From a virus (taxonomy: Duplodnaviria; Caudoviricetes): a stretch of DNA of 64,000 nucleotides. Position 1 is the stretch's first letter; every line of letters starts with the position of its first letter. A model generated the notes under the pieces. The model did not search any database. It saw nothing but the letters and a program-made list of their open reading frames with translations, and was not told where the DNA came from. The position numbers and the translations under genes were made by a program. The stretch covers positions 166,692 through 230,691 of IMG/VR virus record IMGVR_UViG_3300032227_001172; one strand, given 5' to 3'. Below, one piece after another: positions 1 through 8,891 of this stretch.

Positions 1-139
1 CCGTGAAATCAAAGACAAAGGAACTTTGTTACTGGTAAACGATGAAACCGTAGGTTATCGTTCAATCTATCAACACAAAATCGTTGGAAATATTTTGTAT
101 CGTGAGGCAGGATTGATTCACGCAGACTAGAAATAGGGC

Positions 140-376
140 TTGACAATGACCAACTTTCCGCATATGATGGCTTTTGTTCTTACCACCCCAAAGGAAAACC
201 ATATGTTTGACTTCGACGACATGAATCGAATTCTGAATGAGCTGGCCGAACAGGGTATCGTAGAACCGATGGTCGAACCGATTGACGATCCCAGTGTGGA
301 AGTCAACTTTTGGGATTGGGCAGAGGTCGTGGGTGCTGTTGACGATTTTGTACCAGAGGAGTATACTAATGTTTAG
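140..376 (+). CDS. hypothetical acidic protein (likely start at the internal ATG after AAGGA)
   Basis: ORF track; RBS-like aaggaaa before MFDFDD. Confidence 0.6.
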   Translation: MTMTNFPHMMAFVLTTPKENHMFDFDDMNRILNELAEQGIVEPMVEPIDDPSVEVNFWDWAEVVGAVDDFVPEEYTNV

Positions 377-450
377 TGCAATTGCATTTGTAGTGGGATA
401 CGTTGGGTTGTTTTACATTACTACTATTGTAAGAGATTGAACACTCACCC

Positions 451-528
451 TAAACCCTTTGTGTGTAAGCACTTAGGGCAAACGGGGCGGGCCGGCCTTG
501 ACGTAAATCCTTTAGTAGTAAGGACTTA
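451..528. repeat. 78-bp double-palindrome element, copy 1
   Basis: taaaccctt-N7-aagcactta, 28-bp GC-rich spacer (centre ggcgggcc), taaatcctt-N7-aaggactta. Confidence 0.95.
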
Positions 529-584
529 TGTCCGATAGCAAATACCGTACCAAAAAAATCTTTTCTTTTTCTAAAATTTTCTGC

Positions 585-613
585 TTGACATCTAAAGTTT
601 TATCTGCTAAAAT
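585..613 (+). promoter_or_regulatory. sigma70-type promoter
   Basis: TTGACA-17-TAAAAT downstream of element copy 1 and an A/T tract. Confidence 0.75.
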
Positions 614-1005
614 GTCGATATAAGAGAAAGAGAAAGAGAAAGTGAATGATGAAAAGTGAAGAAGAAAAGCGTATCGAAGAGTATAACCAATTCATGGACG
701 AATGGGAAAAGCGTCCTAAGAATCGTGATCTGTATGGCAATAACTGCTATCGCCCCGATGAAGTGGCGTTGACGGATGAAGAGTACGAGATGTTTGGCTA
801 GGAGTAAATAAAATGGATAATCCAGAAATCAAACCAATTGAACCATGTCGAACCACCAAGCGTCGAAAGACTCGGTATGGTTCTGCTGGTCGTAACTATT
901 ATGGTGAGTTGAGAAGGTTTAGGGGCTATCGTGGCCCGTTGAAAAAAGATAGCTTGACAACCTAAAATTTTTCTGGTAGACTGCCGATATAAGAAAGAAA
1001 GGAAG

Positions 1006-1329
1006 ATGATGAGTCACCCTGATCCGTGCTACGATCCCTATAACTCTTACGAGGATGATCATATGGCTACTAACTACAGCGATTACCACTACGATTACCA
1101 CGATGCTTTCTACGGAGAAGATAGTGCGAGCTATCATCCCGATGCAGACCATGAAGTTGCGTCACAGTTTGATGAAGAAGAGGAAGAGAATGAAGAATGG
1201 TCTGACGATTATAATGATAGTATGGATGGAGATCACGAGTCCGGCCTTGCGAGTGCGGGTTGGGGCTTGGACGAATCATATGATCCGTCATACGACCACG
1301 ACGACTACGATCACGGAGGAGATTGGTGA
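1006..1329 (+). CDS. very acidic D/E/Y-rich hypothetical protein
   Basis: ORF with aaggaag RBS; extreme Asp/Glu/Tyr/His bias. Confidence 0.7.
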   Translation: MMSHPDPCYDPYNSYEDDHMATNYSDYHYDYHDAFYGEDSASYHPDADHEVASQFDEEEEENEEWSDDYNDSMDGDHESGLASAGWGLDESYDPSYDHDDYDHGGDW

Positions 1330-1511
1330 TTATGTAGAATATTGTGGCAGTTGTGACATAAACAGATACACTTATTGATTTCTACTAATATTGTATTCCA
1401 TGCCATATGTTTGCCTATAAGTTGAATTACTCCATTTTTTTTATTAGATGGTTCTAGATGATGCCAAACTAGTGATCTAACGTCAGAATAGCCACAGAAG
1501 GAGAAAATTGA

Positions 1512-1718
1512 ATGAGTACGCACAGATTCTTTGATATCGTGGTCGAAAATGAAATGGGCGATATGCTTATTGATAAGGAATATGTTCTCGACTTGCCAGA
1601 ACATAATATGGATGATGCTGTTGACAGGCAAGAGTTTTTGGGTATCATGTTTGATAGTGTGATTGCTGCTAGTGGATTGAATATTTGTTCCTTTAGTTCT
1701 CAGGAGATTTTGGCATGA
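1512..1718 (+). CDS. hypothetical protein
   Basis: ORF with aggag RBS; stop overlaps next start. Confidence 0.65.
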   Translation: MSTHRFFDIVVENEMGDMLIDKEYVLDLPEHNMDDAVDRQEFLGIMFDSVIAASGLNICSFSSQEILA

Positions 1719-1945
1719 AGGTTGTTGTAACACATACTGATACTTTTGGTGGCGAACCTAACTATGGCTGGGTCAAAAGTTTTGATTTCGTTGCTCATAA
1801 TGATGCCTCTCAGCGAAGTATTGTTCGCACAGCAAAGGCTGCTGTTGGTATGACAGGCGTAAGGTCTACGACCTATGATTATGGTGATAGTTTGACTATC
1901 AAGCCTCGTGGATATAATCAAGTTATTTTCGTAGATTTCGAGTAA
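1715..1945 (+). CDS. conserved small phage protein (TDTFGGEPNYGWV motif)
   Basis: ORF coupled to upstream gene; ends 9 nt before element copy 2. Confidence 0.7.
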   Translation: MKVVVTHTDTFGGEPNYGWVKSFDFVAHNDASQRSIVRTAKAAVGMTGVRSTTYDYGDSLTIKPRGYNQVIFVDFE

Positions 1946-1954
1946 GCCTCGTCG

Positions 1955-2032
1955 CAAACCCTTTGTGCATAAGCACTTAGGGCGAGCGGGGCGCGCCGAA
2001 TTTGACGTAAGTTCTGAATCTACAACACTTTA
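1955..2032. repeat. 78-bp double-palindrome element, copy 2
   Basis: caaaccctt-N7-aagcactta / centre ggcgcgcc / taagttctg-N7-aacacttta. Confidence 0.9.
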
Positions 2033-2095
2033 GATCAAAAAAAATTTATTAAGTTCTTCTTGACTTTGGTCGATAAATGCAGTAGAGTAAGAGAT

Positions 2096-2266
2096 ATGAG
2101 CAAACGCAAGAAAAATATCGTGCTGAGTCTGAACGTACGTCCAGTTTGGGAATTGGGCAAGGGTCATAGCTGTCATCTTTCTGGTGGCGGTCAACATGAC
2201 AATCGTCCCAAAAAACTTAGGACTAGGGGAGATAAGAACCGTAACGCTATCGGTGATGGCTGGTAG
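2096..2266 (+). CDS. small basic protein (DNRPKKLRTR motif), paralog of 11055-11216
   Basis: In-frame ATG at 2096 just after a TTGACT-17-TAGAGT promoter; motif shared with second copy. Confidence 0.7.
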   Translation: MSKRKKNIVLSLNVRPVWELGKGHSCHLSGGGQHDNRPKKLRTRGDKNRNAIGDGW

Positions 2267-2748
2267 TCTCTGCTAATCCTTCAGATTTGGGCTGATGGGT
2301 ATAGTCAGCCTAAAGTTAGAGCACTTGACTTGTCGATACTTATAGTATAGAATGGTACAGAAGGAGAGTTATTATGTTGGGTGATTTTATTCTGGTGTGG
2401 GTTTGGATGGGTGCTACTCTTTTAATGTTGGGTTTTGTCTACTTTCTCTCTATTGTAGGGGAAGTTTGGCAGAGAATAAATGAGTATGAGGCTATGAGGG
2501 CCAGGGGTTATACTCTTATGAAAAATGATAAGAATGATGATTTCTGGGTAGGATACGGGGATTGACCACTTAAACAAAATGGAGATACAGGGATGTATCA
2601 GTTTGATTTTATCAGTGTGGCTTTTGGGTATATTGCTGGTATTATTCTGTATGCTAGTATGTCAAATATCATGTATATGGAGGAAAGTGATGAAAGCGAG
2701 TGACTACATATTGTGGGGGTGTGTTTTGTTATTGGTTGCACTATGACG

Positions 2749-2826
2749 TATCTCCTTCATCTGTAAGGACTTACGTCGAGTTCGGCCCGCCCCGGAAAGC
2801 GTAAGTGCTTATGCTGCAACACTTTA
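2749..2826. repeat. 78-bp double-palindrome element, copy 3
   Basis: tatctcctt-N7-aaggactta / centre ggcccgcc / taagtgctt-N7-aacacttta. Confidence 0.9.
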
Positions 2827-2923
2827 CGTCAATTCTTACAATCTCGTAAGATTTAAGTTTACCCCTTGCATTAGACGATAATAGATAGTAGAATACGATA
2901 TAGAAGAAAGGCAAGGGTAAGAC

Positions 2924-3187
2924 ATGAGTCCAGATGGAAGCTATAACGGTTATGCAAACTATCAAACGTGGAATGTTTGCTTGTGGCTGAGTAATGATGA
3001 ACTTCTGTATAGTATAGCTAAACAGTGTATCTCTTACGACCATTTCAGAATTTTGATTCGTGAGATTTTCGAGAAAGATAATCTGAGATTTGAAACTCCC
3101 GATGGTGTGGCTTGGAATGATAGCGGCATCAACATTGCCGAAATGGTAGAGTATTGGGAAGAAAATTTTTCTAAAGTTCCCGCTTGA
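2924..3187 (+). CDS. conserved phage protein (YNGYANYQTWNVCLWLSNDE motif)
   Basis: ORF; N-terminal motif resembles a common phage hypothetical family. Confidence 0.75.
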   Translation: MSPDGSYNGYANYQTWNVCLWLSNDELLYSIAKQCISYDHFRILIREIFEKDNLRFETPDGVAWNDSGINIAEMVEYWEENFSKVPA

Positions 3188-3218
3188 CAAGTGTCGATAT
3201 ATAGTGTAGACTTAGCGT

Positions 3219-3665
3219 ATGGATGTTTTGACTAGTTTTCAATTTGAAAGGTTTCTTATGAACGATGTGATTTTGTTTGGTTCGATTCTTGCGGCTGTTG
3301 CCGCTGCTGTTGTTAGTTTTGTCTTCTATTCGGTCTATGGTGGATCGAAGGCTAGTTTGGTGAATGCCCAAGAGGGTCAGATTTTCAATTTTGAATATGA
3401 ACAGCCTTTGCATGGTGAATCAAAGCGTTTCCTTGCTAAGGTGATTGAGCCGGTTTATACTCTGAGTGATTCGTCCATCAAGGCTCTGAATCGTCGTAGT
3501 CGATATCGTAGAAATGATCCAGTGTTTCAGCGGACAAGTCATCTGGTGACTTGTCAGACTCCTGACGGTAAGATTCGCCAATTCTATGCTGAGAGAGTTA
3601 AGAATTGCCGAAAGCCTTTGCTGGCTGGTGCTCTCTTTAAGAGTGGTGTTGCTAGTCTGCTCTAA
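3219..3665 (+). CDS. membrane-anchored hypothetical protein, possible WYL-like C-terminal domain
   Basis: Hydrophobic N-terminal helix; C-terminal RQFYAERV resembles the WYL-type RxF motif. Confidence 0.55.
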   Translation: MDVLTSFQFERFLMNDVILFGSILAAVAAAVVSFVFYSVYGGSKASLVNAQEGQIFNFEYEQPLHGESKRFLAKVIEPVYTLSDSSIKALNRRSRYRRNDPVFQRTSHLVTCQTPDGKIRQFYAERVKNCRKPLLAGALFKSGVASLL

Positions 3666-3701
3666 AAATTAGCAGTCTCTGCCTACTAGTTGACCAACCC
3701 C

Positions 3702-3779
3702 TAACCCTTTGACACCAAAGGACTTAGGGCGAGGTCGGCCGGCACGCTTCGTCGTAAGTCTTTATATGTCAACGCTTTA
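3702..3779. repeat. 78-bp double-palindrome element, copy 4
   Basis: taacccttt-N7-aaggactta / centre ggccggca / taagtcttt-N7-aacgcttta. Confidence 0.92.
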
Positions 3780-3808
3780 CGACAATTTTTTTTATCAAGT
3801 TTTTCCTC

Positions 3809-3837
3809 TTGACAAGCCGATAATAGTAGTGTAGAAT
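3809..3837 (+). promoter_or_regulatory. sigma70-type promoter with CGATA in spacer
   Basis: TTGACA agccgataatagtagtg TAGAAT (17-bp spacer, extended TG). Confidence 0.85.
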
Positions 3838-3862
3838 ACAAGGAATCAAAAGGAGAAAGAAG

Positions 3863-4126
3863 ATGCTATTTAAGCCTTATGCTTTGAGAGATTCTGTGAA
3901 GCGGACTGTGGAAGGTGATATGATTAGGTTTAGCGGTTACAGTGTTGGTGGTCGTCCATTCTGTATCTCAACCAAACTCAGCGATGCCAACGAGTGGCTG
4001 AATGGTGGATTGATTCAGAATTGCTTCCCGTATCTTGATGCTGATGATCGTGAGATTCTCAAAACGGGGTTTGATGCTCAGGATTGGGAAACGATGTTCG
4101 CAGGAACTAGGGAGGAAGAAGAATGA
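3863..4126 (+). CDS. conserved phage protein (LIQNCFPYLDADDREILKTG)
   Basis: ORF with aggag RBS downstream of promoter. Confidence 0.75.
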   Translation: MLFKPYALRDSVKRTVEGDMIRFSGYSVGGRPFCISTKLSDANEWLNGGLIQNCFPYLDADDREILKTGFDAQDWETMFAGTREEEE

Positions 4127-4581
4127 ATACCGATACCTATATGGTGATGAAGGGTAATAAAGTTGTAGGCTATGTGGAAGCATATAGTACCTATCATGCA
4201 CTGGCTATGGCCGAAAAGTTGTATGGGAAGAATTTGCTCATTGAGCGAATCTCCAATGTTTGTCCTGCCTAACCCTAGCGGGTCGGGCTGGATGGGTTTA
4301 GTCAGCCAATAGTCGGGACTTGACAAAGAGTCTTTAATAGAGTATATTGTGCAGAAAGGGAGAGAATTATGTTGACGAGTGATGAACGAGACGCTGTTTG
4401 TGGGTGTGTGGCTGATTTTGCTACTCGTTTGCTTACCGCTGCTACTATTGATGAGAAGTCTATGCACCAAGAACTAGATATTTTTTTTGAGTTCTTTTGT
4501 AAGGCTCTTGAGATTGCCGAAAGAGATGGGGCGGGTAAGTTCCGTGAGTCTATTGGGGCTAGTAATAACTAAGGGGATATC

Positions 4582-4761
4582 ATGAGAGTTTGTCCATGTG
4601 GGTCTGGCAAGAAAAGCTGGTGGGAAACTGATGCTCGTGGAATTCCACTGGGTAGGGTTTGTTTGGAGTGTTTGGATAAAAAGTTGAGTAAGTATAGGCC
4701 AGAAGTGTTGACCAACTCCAACTACTGTGCTGATGAACCTATTGAGGCAGAAGACTATTAA
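4582..4761 (+). CDS. small Cys-rich protein (CPCGSGK...CxxC), likely zinc-binding
   Basis: Hand-translated 59-aa ORF MRVCPCGSGKKSWWETDARGIPLGRVCLEC; below ORF-track cut-off. Confidence 0.7.
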   Translation: MRVCPCGSGKKSWWETDARGIPLGRVCLECLDKKLSKYRPEVLTNSNYCADEPIEAEDY

Positions 4762-4764
4762 TCG

Positions 4765-4842
4765 TAAGTCCTTATCCTTAAACAACTTAGGGATAGGGCG
4801 GGCGGCCGAATTTGATGTAAGTGCTTGTGTATCATAGGGTTA
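4765..4842. repeat. 78-bp double-palindrome element, copy 5
   Basis: taagtcctt-N7-aacaactta / centre gggcggcc / taagtgctt-N7-atagggtta. Confidence 0.92.
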
Positions 4843-4883
4843 CGTCAATGCTAAAAAATTTTTGGAATTCCTATAGATAGCTC

Positions 4884-4912
4884 TTGACAAGTGACGATAA
4901 TAGATGTATACT
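4884..4912 (+). promoter_or_regulatory. sigma70-type promoter positioned to drive the ncRNA array
   Basis: TTGACA agtgacgataatagatg TATACT. Confidence 0.85.
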
Positions 4913-4920
4913 TAGCACAT

Positions 4921-5484
4921 AAGCAGATGAGGGCCGCTGGCAGAATGATATCAAAGTAGCCACGGTTAAATGCAAGGCCGAGTATGGCATAACCCTATCT
5001 GTTTTATAATACAAAACTCGTGGGTCCATGCCTTGGACTAGGTTGGGTAACTCATTACGATAAGCATCGCATGTCGCGGCAGCGATGATGCTGACAGTGC
5101 CGGTTACGCACTGGATAGTAGTGCCAATCTATGGGGGATCGCGTCCTCACCACGTTATAATACAATGTGTAGGTTAAGCGTTAAGCAGCCAACGGTTGGC
5201 GGGAGTACTACCACAACCGTCCGTTAGACCAGCATAGGAAAGTGTGGGTAAAATCCCACCACATTGACAATACAACCAGTAGCCGCTTTGAAACAGCATG
5301 GTGATGAGATACTGATCATATCTCTAGGGACCAATGTCGTGGGCGGTTTCCAACGAGAGAGCCCCATTGGGAGGGTGGGTTTGAGGATCCCAACAACAAA
5401 CCTAACTAGCGTTGGAGCATAGAACCGGATCGTCAATGGTTCGCTGGTGATAAGCAGGGGTCGGATAGAAACCAAGTTTACTGG
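4921..5484 (+). ncRNA. array of four putative structured ncRNAs separated by AATACAA linkers
   Basis: No long + strand ORF; each unit closed by a terminal stem (4921-5004, 5019-5154, 5163-5266, 5276-5484) with internal hairpins. Confidence 0.7.
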
Positions 5485-5531
5485 CTGGGTTGGATAATGC
5501 GTGATACCGGACATTATTTGTAAAACTATCG

Positions 5532-5604
5532 CTGGATATAACTCAAATGGCAGAGTTCCACTCAGAGATGAGAGGAGTTACAGGTTCGAACCCTGTTATC
5601 TGGT
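5532..5604 (+). ncRNA. tRNA-like RNA with non-canonical anticodon arm (GAGA tetraloop)
   Basis: Acceptor ctggata/tatctgg, D arm actc/gagt, T arm acagg-TTCGAAC-cctgt; anticodon arm pairs only as tcc-a-ctca-GAGA-tgag-a-gga. Confidence 0.7.
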
Positions 5605-5809
5605 AAGTCGATCCATTAACAGCCGGTATACAATACAAAGGAAAAAAGATGAATAAAAACGAGGCGATCATTAAGGTTCTTAGGGTTTTAAGGAGCCAAT
5701 CGGCTGCTGTAAATAAACCTAATCGGGAAGAGGCATTGACTTTAGCAGAAGAGCATGGTATAACTGCTAAGGAATTGATTGACACTTGGGTGGAAATTTG
5801 TAGGAACAT

Positions 5810-6040
5810 ATGATGAACTGGCATTACGATAATCCTATTTTGAACGGTCAATATCTGTGTTGTGTTAAGGATTATTCTTTCCCCTTTCCTTTGTTCTGGA
5901 GTGTGGAGAATGGAGGTTGGGGTGAATGGTGGCATGGCGAACAAGATGATGGGTTGGTAGAATGGAATCAGTTTGACAACTCGTTAGTGGTGTGCTATAC
6001 TAGCTTTCAAGAAATTCCTATGCCAGAGGGTTGGAAATGA
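5810..6040 (+). CDS. hypothetical Trp-rich protein
   Basis: ORF track. Confidence 0.6.
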   Translation: MMNWHYDNPILNGQYLCCVKDYSFPFPLFWSVENGGWGEWWHGEQDDGLVEWNQFDNSLVVCYTSFQEIPMPEGWK

Positions 6041-6331
6041 TCTACTTAAATATTAATGAGATTGAGAGATTGGCCGAAATTGTGGCTGAACTGGTTAAGT
6101 TGGGCATGAGTGTTACTGCTGAACTCCGTGGGACAAAGTGGCATATTGAGGTAACTGAGTGATGAAAACTAAAACTCTTGAGCTGACCAAAGTAGAACTT
6201 AATTATCTGTATAATCTCGTTTGTGAAAATATAGAGCGCGGTGAGTATTGGGGAAATCAGAATCAGTTTATGAAGATGCAAGAACGTGTTTTTAATAAAC
6301 TGATGGACTGCGAAACAGAGGTGGCATCCTA

Positions 6332-6589
6332 ATGGAATGGATTAGTTTCCACGGGCCTCGTCGCCCTATTAATGGTCAAAAGATCATCTATTATGGTGAG
6401 CCTATTGGTGTGTGGCGTGGAAAGTATAGAATAAACTATAATGATCCTTTTTGTATTCACAATATTGATTGTGGTGAAGCTCCCGGTAATGTAGATTATT
6501 TCGACGCTCCTTGGTGGATGCCAGATGAGGGACAACCAAAACCACCACCACCAAAAGAACATTATCCAAAAGACTATCCTAGAGATTGA
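6332..6589 (+). CDS. hypothetical protein
   Basis: ORF with gaggt RBS. Confidence 0.6.
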   Translation: MEWISFHGPRRPINGQKIIYYGEPIGVWRGKYRINYNDPFCIHNIDCGEAPGNVDYFDAPWWMPDEGQPKPPPPKEHYPKDYPRD

Positions 6590-6705
6590 AATTATGAAAA
6601 CTATCAGTAATATTTGTGATTGTGGTATGTGCAGTGAAGCATATTACACTATAGATAAGTACGGTGTGTGCTGGAGTATGTGCAGCGAGTGTGGTTGGTG
6701 GTACT

Positions 6706-6783
6706 TAAACTATTGATACATAAGAACTTAGGGCAAGGTTGGCCGGCCCCGTTCGTCATAAGTCCTTACTACTAAAGACTTTA
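6706..6783. repeat. 78-bp double-palindrome element, copy 6
   Basis: taaactatt-N7-aagaactta / centre ggccggcc / taagtcctt-N7-aagacttta. Confidence 0.92.
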
Positions 6784-6863
6784 CGTTTAAAAAGATTTTT
6801 TCAAGATTCCTCCTTGACTTGTCGATAATAGTAGTGTAAGATGGTGGTAACACGAAAGGGAAT

Positions 6864-7109
6864 ATGATGACTGTTGCTGAATTGATTGAAGAACTGAACA
6901 AGCTACCCCAAGATATGCTTGTGCTTGTGCCGGGTTATGAGGGTGGGTACGACAATATCGAAGTTCAGAGGAATGGGGCTGTTGTTGTGGACGATAATTG
7001 GGATGGACAAGAAAAGTTTTATTGGTATAATGGGCGACACGCCTCATACTACAAGGATATGGAAGGCGACGAGCCTACGTCATGCGTTGTTATCGGGAGA
7101 GGTAAATGA
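6864..7109 (+). CDS. conserved small phage protein (MTVAELIEELNKLPQD...GYEGGY)
   Basis: ORF after promoter 6814-6842. Confidence 0.75.
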   Translation: MMTVAELIEELNKLPQDMLVLVPGYEGGYDNIEVQRNGAVVVDDNWDGQEKFYWYNGRHASYYKDMEGDEPTSCVVIGRGK

Positions 7110-7615
7110 AAACGGTTGAAAAACACGCCGAAGTACGATTTCATCTACTAAACGGGCCTAATTATAAAAAATGGCAGGTAAACGTGATGCAAGGAAAGAA
7201 AAGGGTTGACCAATTTTATGTAGACCCTACAGAATACCAGTTAGAGATGCGTGGTTGCAAGCTGGTAAATAAGGTAGCTAGGGCGAAATGGGTCAATAAG
7301 AAACAGAAAAAGAATGTGAGTGGATGGGTTCAGTGTGAAGAAGTTATGCTTCGCAAGGATTTTTATCCCTCTTTGCCTATTGACAATCTTGAGAAGTTGT
7401 ATTATAATCCCATTCGTGATGTTCACTGGCGACGAGAGAGTGATTGTGGTGAACATGTTTGGGATAACAGTGAGTATGACACCTTAGTTACCGATGGGCG
7501 ACAGGTTCATATTCTGGAAGAACGTAACGGAAATTTTGACGGTATTTACGAGATAGACCCTAAGTATACAGAAAGTTTTGGAATTTATGATCAAGATCGA
7601 AATGAGCGTTCGTGA
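7106..7615 (+). CDS. hypothetical phage protein
   Basis: 169-aa ORF coupled to upstream gene. Confidence 0.7.
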   Translation: MKTVEKHAEVRFHLLNGPNYKKWQVNVMQGKKRVDQFYVDPTEYQLEMRGCKLVNKVARAKWVNKKQKKNVSGWVQCEEVMLRKDFYPSLPIDNLEKLYYNPIRDVHWRRESDCGEHVWDNSEYDTLVTDGRQVHILEERNGNFDGIYEIDPKYTESFGIYDQDRNERS

Positions 7616-7961
7616 GTCGCTGAACATGATTGCAAACGGTTGCAGTCTCGATATGTTCGATAAGATTGTGTGTGCATTGGAAGTGGCACTTGGTGTGAAT
7701 CAGCGTTGCATGGTAACGATCACCGGAGGCTTGACTCTGGACAATCGTATTCATTCCATAAAGGCTATTCGTCAGCACACAGGATGGGGTCTCAAAGAGG
7801 CCAAGGATTGGAGCGACTATCTGGTTGGCGGCTGGCATTACGATAAATTCGTTCCTGCCAAGCCCGGAGCCAAACAGAGCATCACTCTGAAAACGCCAGA
7901 AGCGGCAGAGGCACTGCTGCGTGATCTGGTTGGGCTGGGTTGTGAGGGTTATCTCTCATGA
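7578..7961 (+). CDS. ribosomal protein bL12 (L7/L12) C-terminal-domain-like protein
   Basis: RIHSIKAIRQHTGWGLKEAKDW matches the bL12 CTD signature KIxVIKxVRxxTGLGLKEAKxxV. Confidence 0.7.
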   Translation: MEFMIKIEMSVRESLNMIANGCSLDMFDKIVCALEVALGVNQRCMVTITGGLTLDNRIHSIKAIRQHTGWGLKEAKDWSDYLVGGWHYDKFVPAKPGAKQSITLKTPEAAEALLRDLVGLGCEGYLS

Positions 7962-7963
7962 CC

Positions 7964-8041
7964 TAAAGCCTTGTCCCTAAAGAACTTAGGGCGAGGCGGG
8001 CCGGCCGAATTTGATGTAAGTCCTTATCAGCAAACAACTTA
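7964..8041. repeat. 78-bp double-palindrome element, copy 7
   Basis: taaagcctt-N7-aagaactta / centre ggccggcc / taagtcctt-N7-aacaactta. Confidence 0.95.
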
Positions 8042-8236
8042 GGAAAAAGAAAAAATTTTTGAGGTTCACTCAAGTGTAGACTTGACAATGACGATACTAT
8101 ACTGTAGAATGATAGAACAAGCGAGACAAGTGGCTGCCCAAGAAGCCAACATAAGAAACCTTCTGGGCAGACTTGACAAGCGGTAATCGGTTGTGTATAC
8201 TGATTATGTTGGGTATGACTACTTTTACTTTGGAGG

Positions 8237-8503
8237 TTGATTATGAAGGCTTTTAGTTTCAACGTGACGATTGCTGCCGATGGTCTTGATTGCGAAGTGA
8301 TTGAGGATACGATTCGTGAGGCTCTGTCCTCTGGTCTGCCTGAAGAAACTCTGGCTCTTGTCAAGGCAGATGGTGTGAAGGAGTATAGTGAGCAAGGTTG
8401 GAAGGTTGCTCGTAATCGTAAGTTCGGTATCGGTGTCAAGGAAGCCGGTGACGGTCACAAGGCCAAGGCAACCAAGAATGTTACCGAGGAGGCTGTTGCC
8501 TAA
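8237..8503 (+). CDS. hypothetical protein
   Basis: ORF with ggagg RBS. Confidence 0.7.
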   Translation: MIMKAFSFNVTIAADGLDCEVIEDTIREALSSGLPEETLALVKADGVKEYSEQGWKVARNRKFGIGVKEAGDGHKAKATKNVTEEAVA

Positions 8504-8511
8504 TCAAAAAA

Positions 8512-8790
8512 CTGGACTATGCCAGTATAAAGGGCTAACGCCCCACCGATAAGAGTGATAACATTCGTCGGATGAGATTTTAGGCATAGTGCGGCGGGGT
8601 CAAACCCGCGTAATGATGGTTAGTTGCAAGACCAAAAGGTGCAACTTAGAGGGTCTAACCAACCAGATAAGTCGGGTGGTTCCGTCGAAGTTATCGACCT
8701 CTAGCGTATATTACTAATGACGATGGTAAGACGATAACGCCATCAAACCGTAATGCCTACATGGGACGCCATGTGGGCTTGCGGCGTTGA
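8512..8790 (+). ncRNA. putative structured ncRNA(s) upstream of tRNA-Arg
   Basis: ORF-free stretch with successive stems: actatgcc/ggcatagt, agttgca/tgcaact, tagagg/cctcta, gcctacatgg/ccatgtgggc. Confidence 0.55.
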
Positions 8791-8814
8791 GTGGGTATGT
8801 TATAATAGACACGC

Positions 8815-8886
8815 GGCCCCATAGTTAAATGGATATAATAAGTGACTTCTAATCTCTAGTTGCAGGTTCGATTCCTGCTGGGGCTA
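8815..8886 (+). tRNA. tRNA-Arg(TCT)
   Basis: Cloverleaf; loop CTTCTAA; T arm gcagg-TTCGATT-cctgc. Confidence 0.9.
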
Positions 8887-8891
8887 TTGTT

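Noticed and set aside
623-642. Short agagaa tandem repeat
   Set aside because: It is a purine-rich leader/RBS region, too short to be meaningful.
4921-5484. Assignment of the ncRNA units to hammerhead, twister, pistol or HDV-like ribozymes
   Set aside because: I could not match complete catalytic-core consensus sequences by eye; a covariance-model search is needed.
5224-5514. 96-aa minus-strand ORF in the ncRNA array
   Set aside because: It has no RBS or motif, runs against the local promoter, and the region is better explained by RNA stems.
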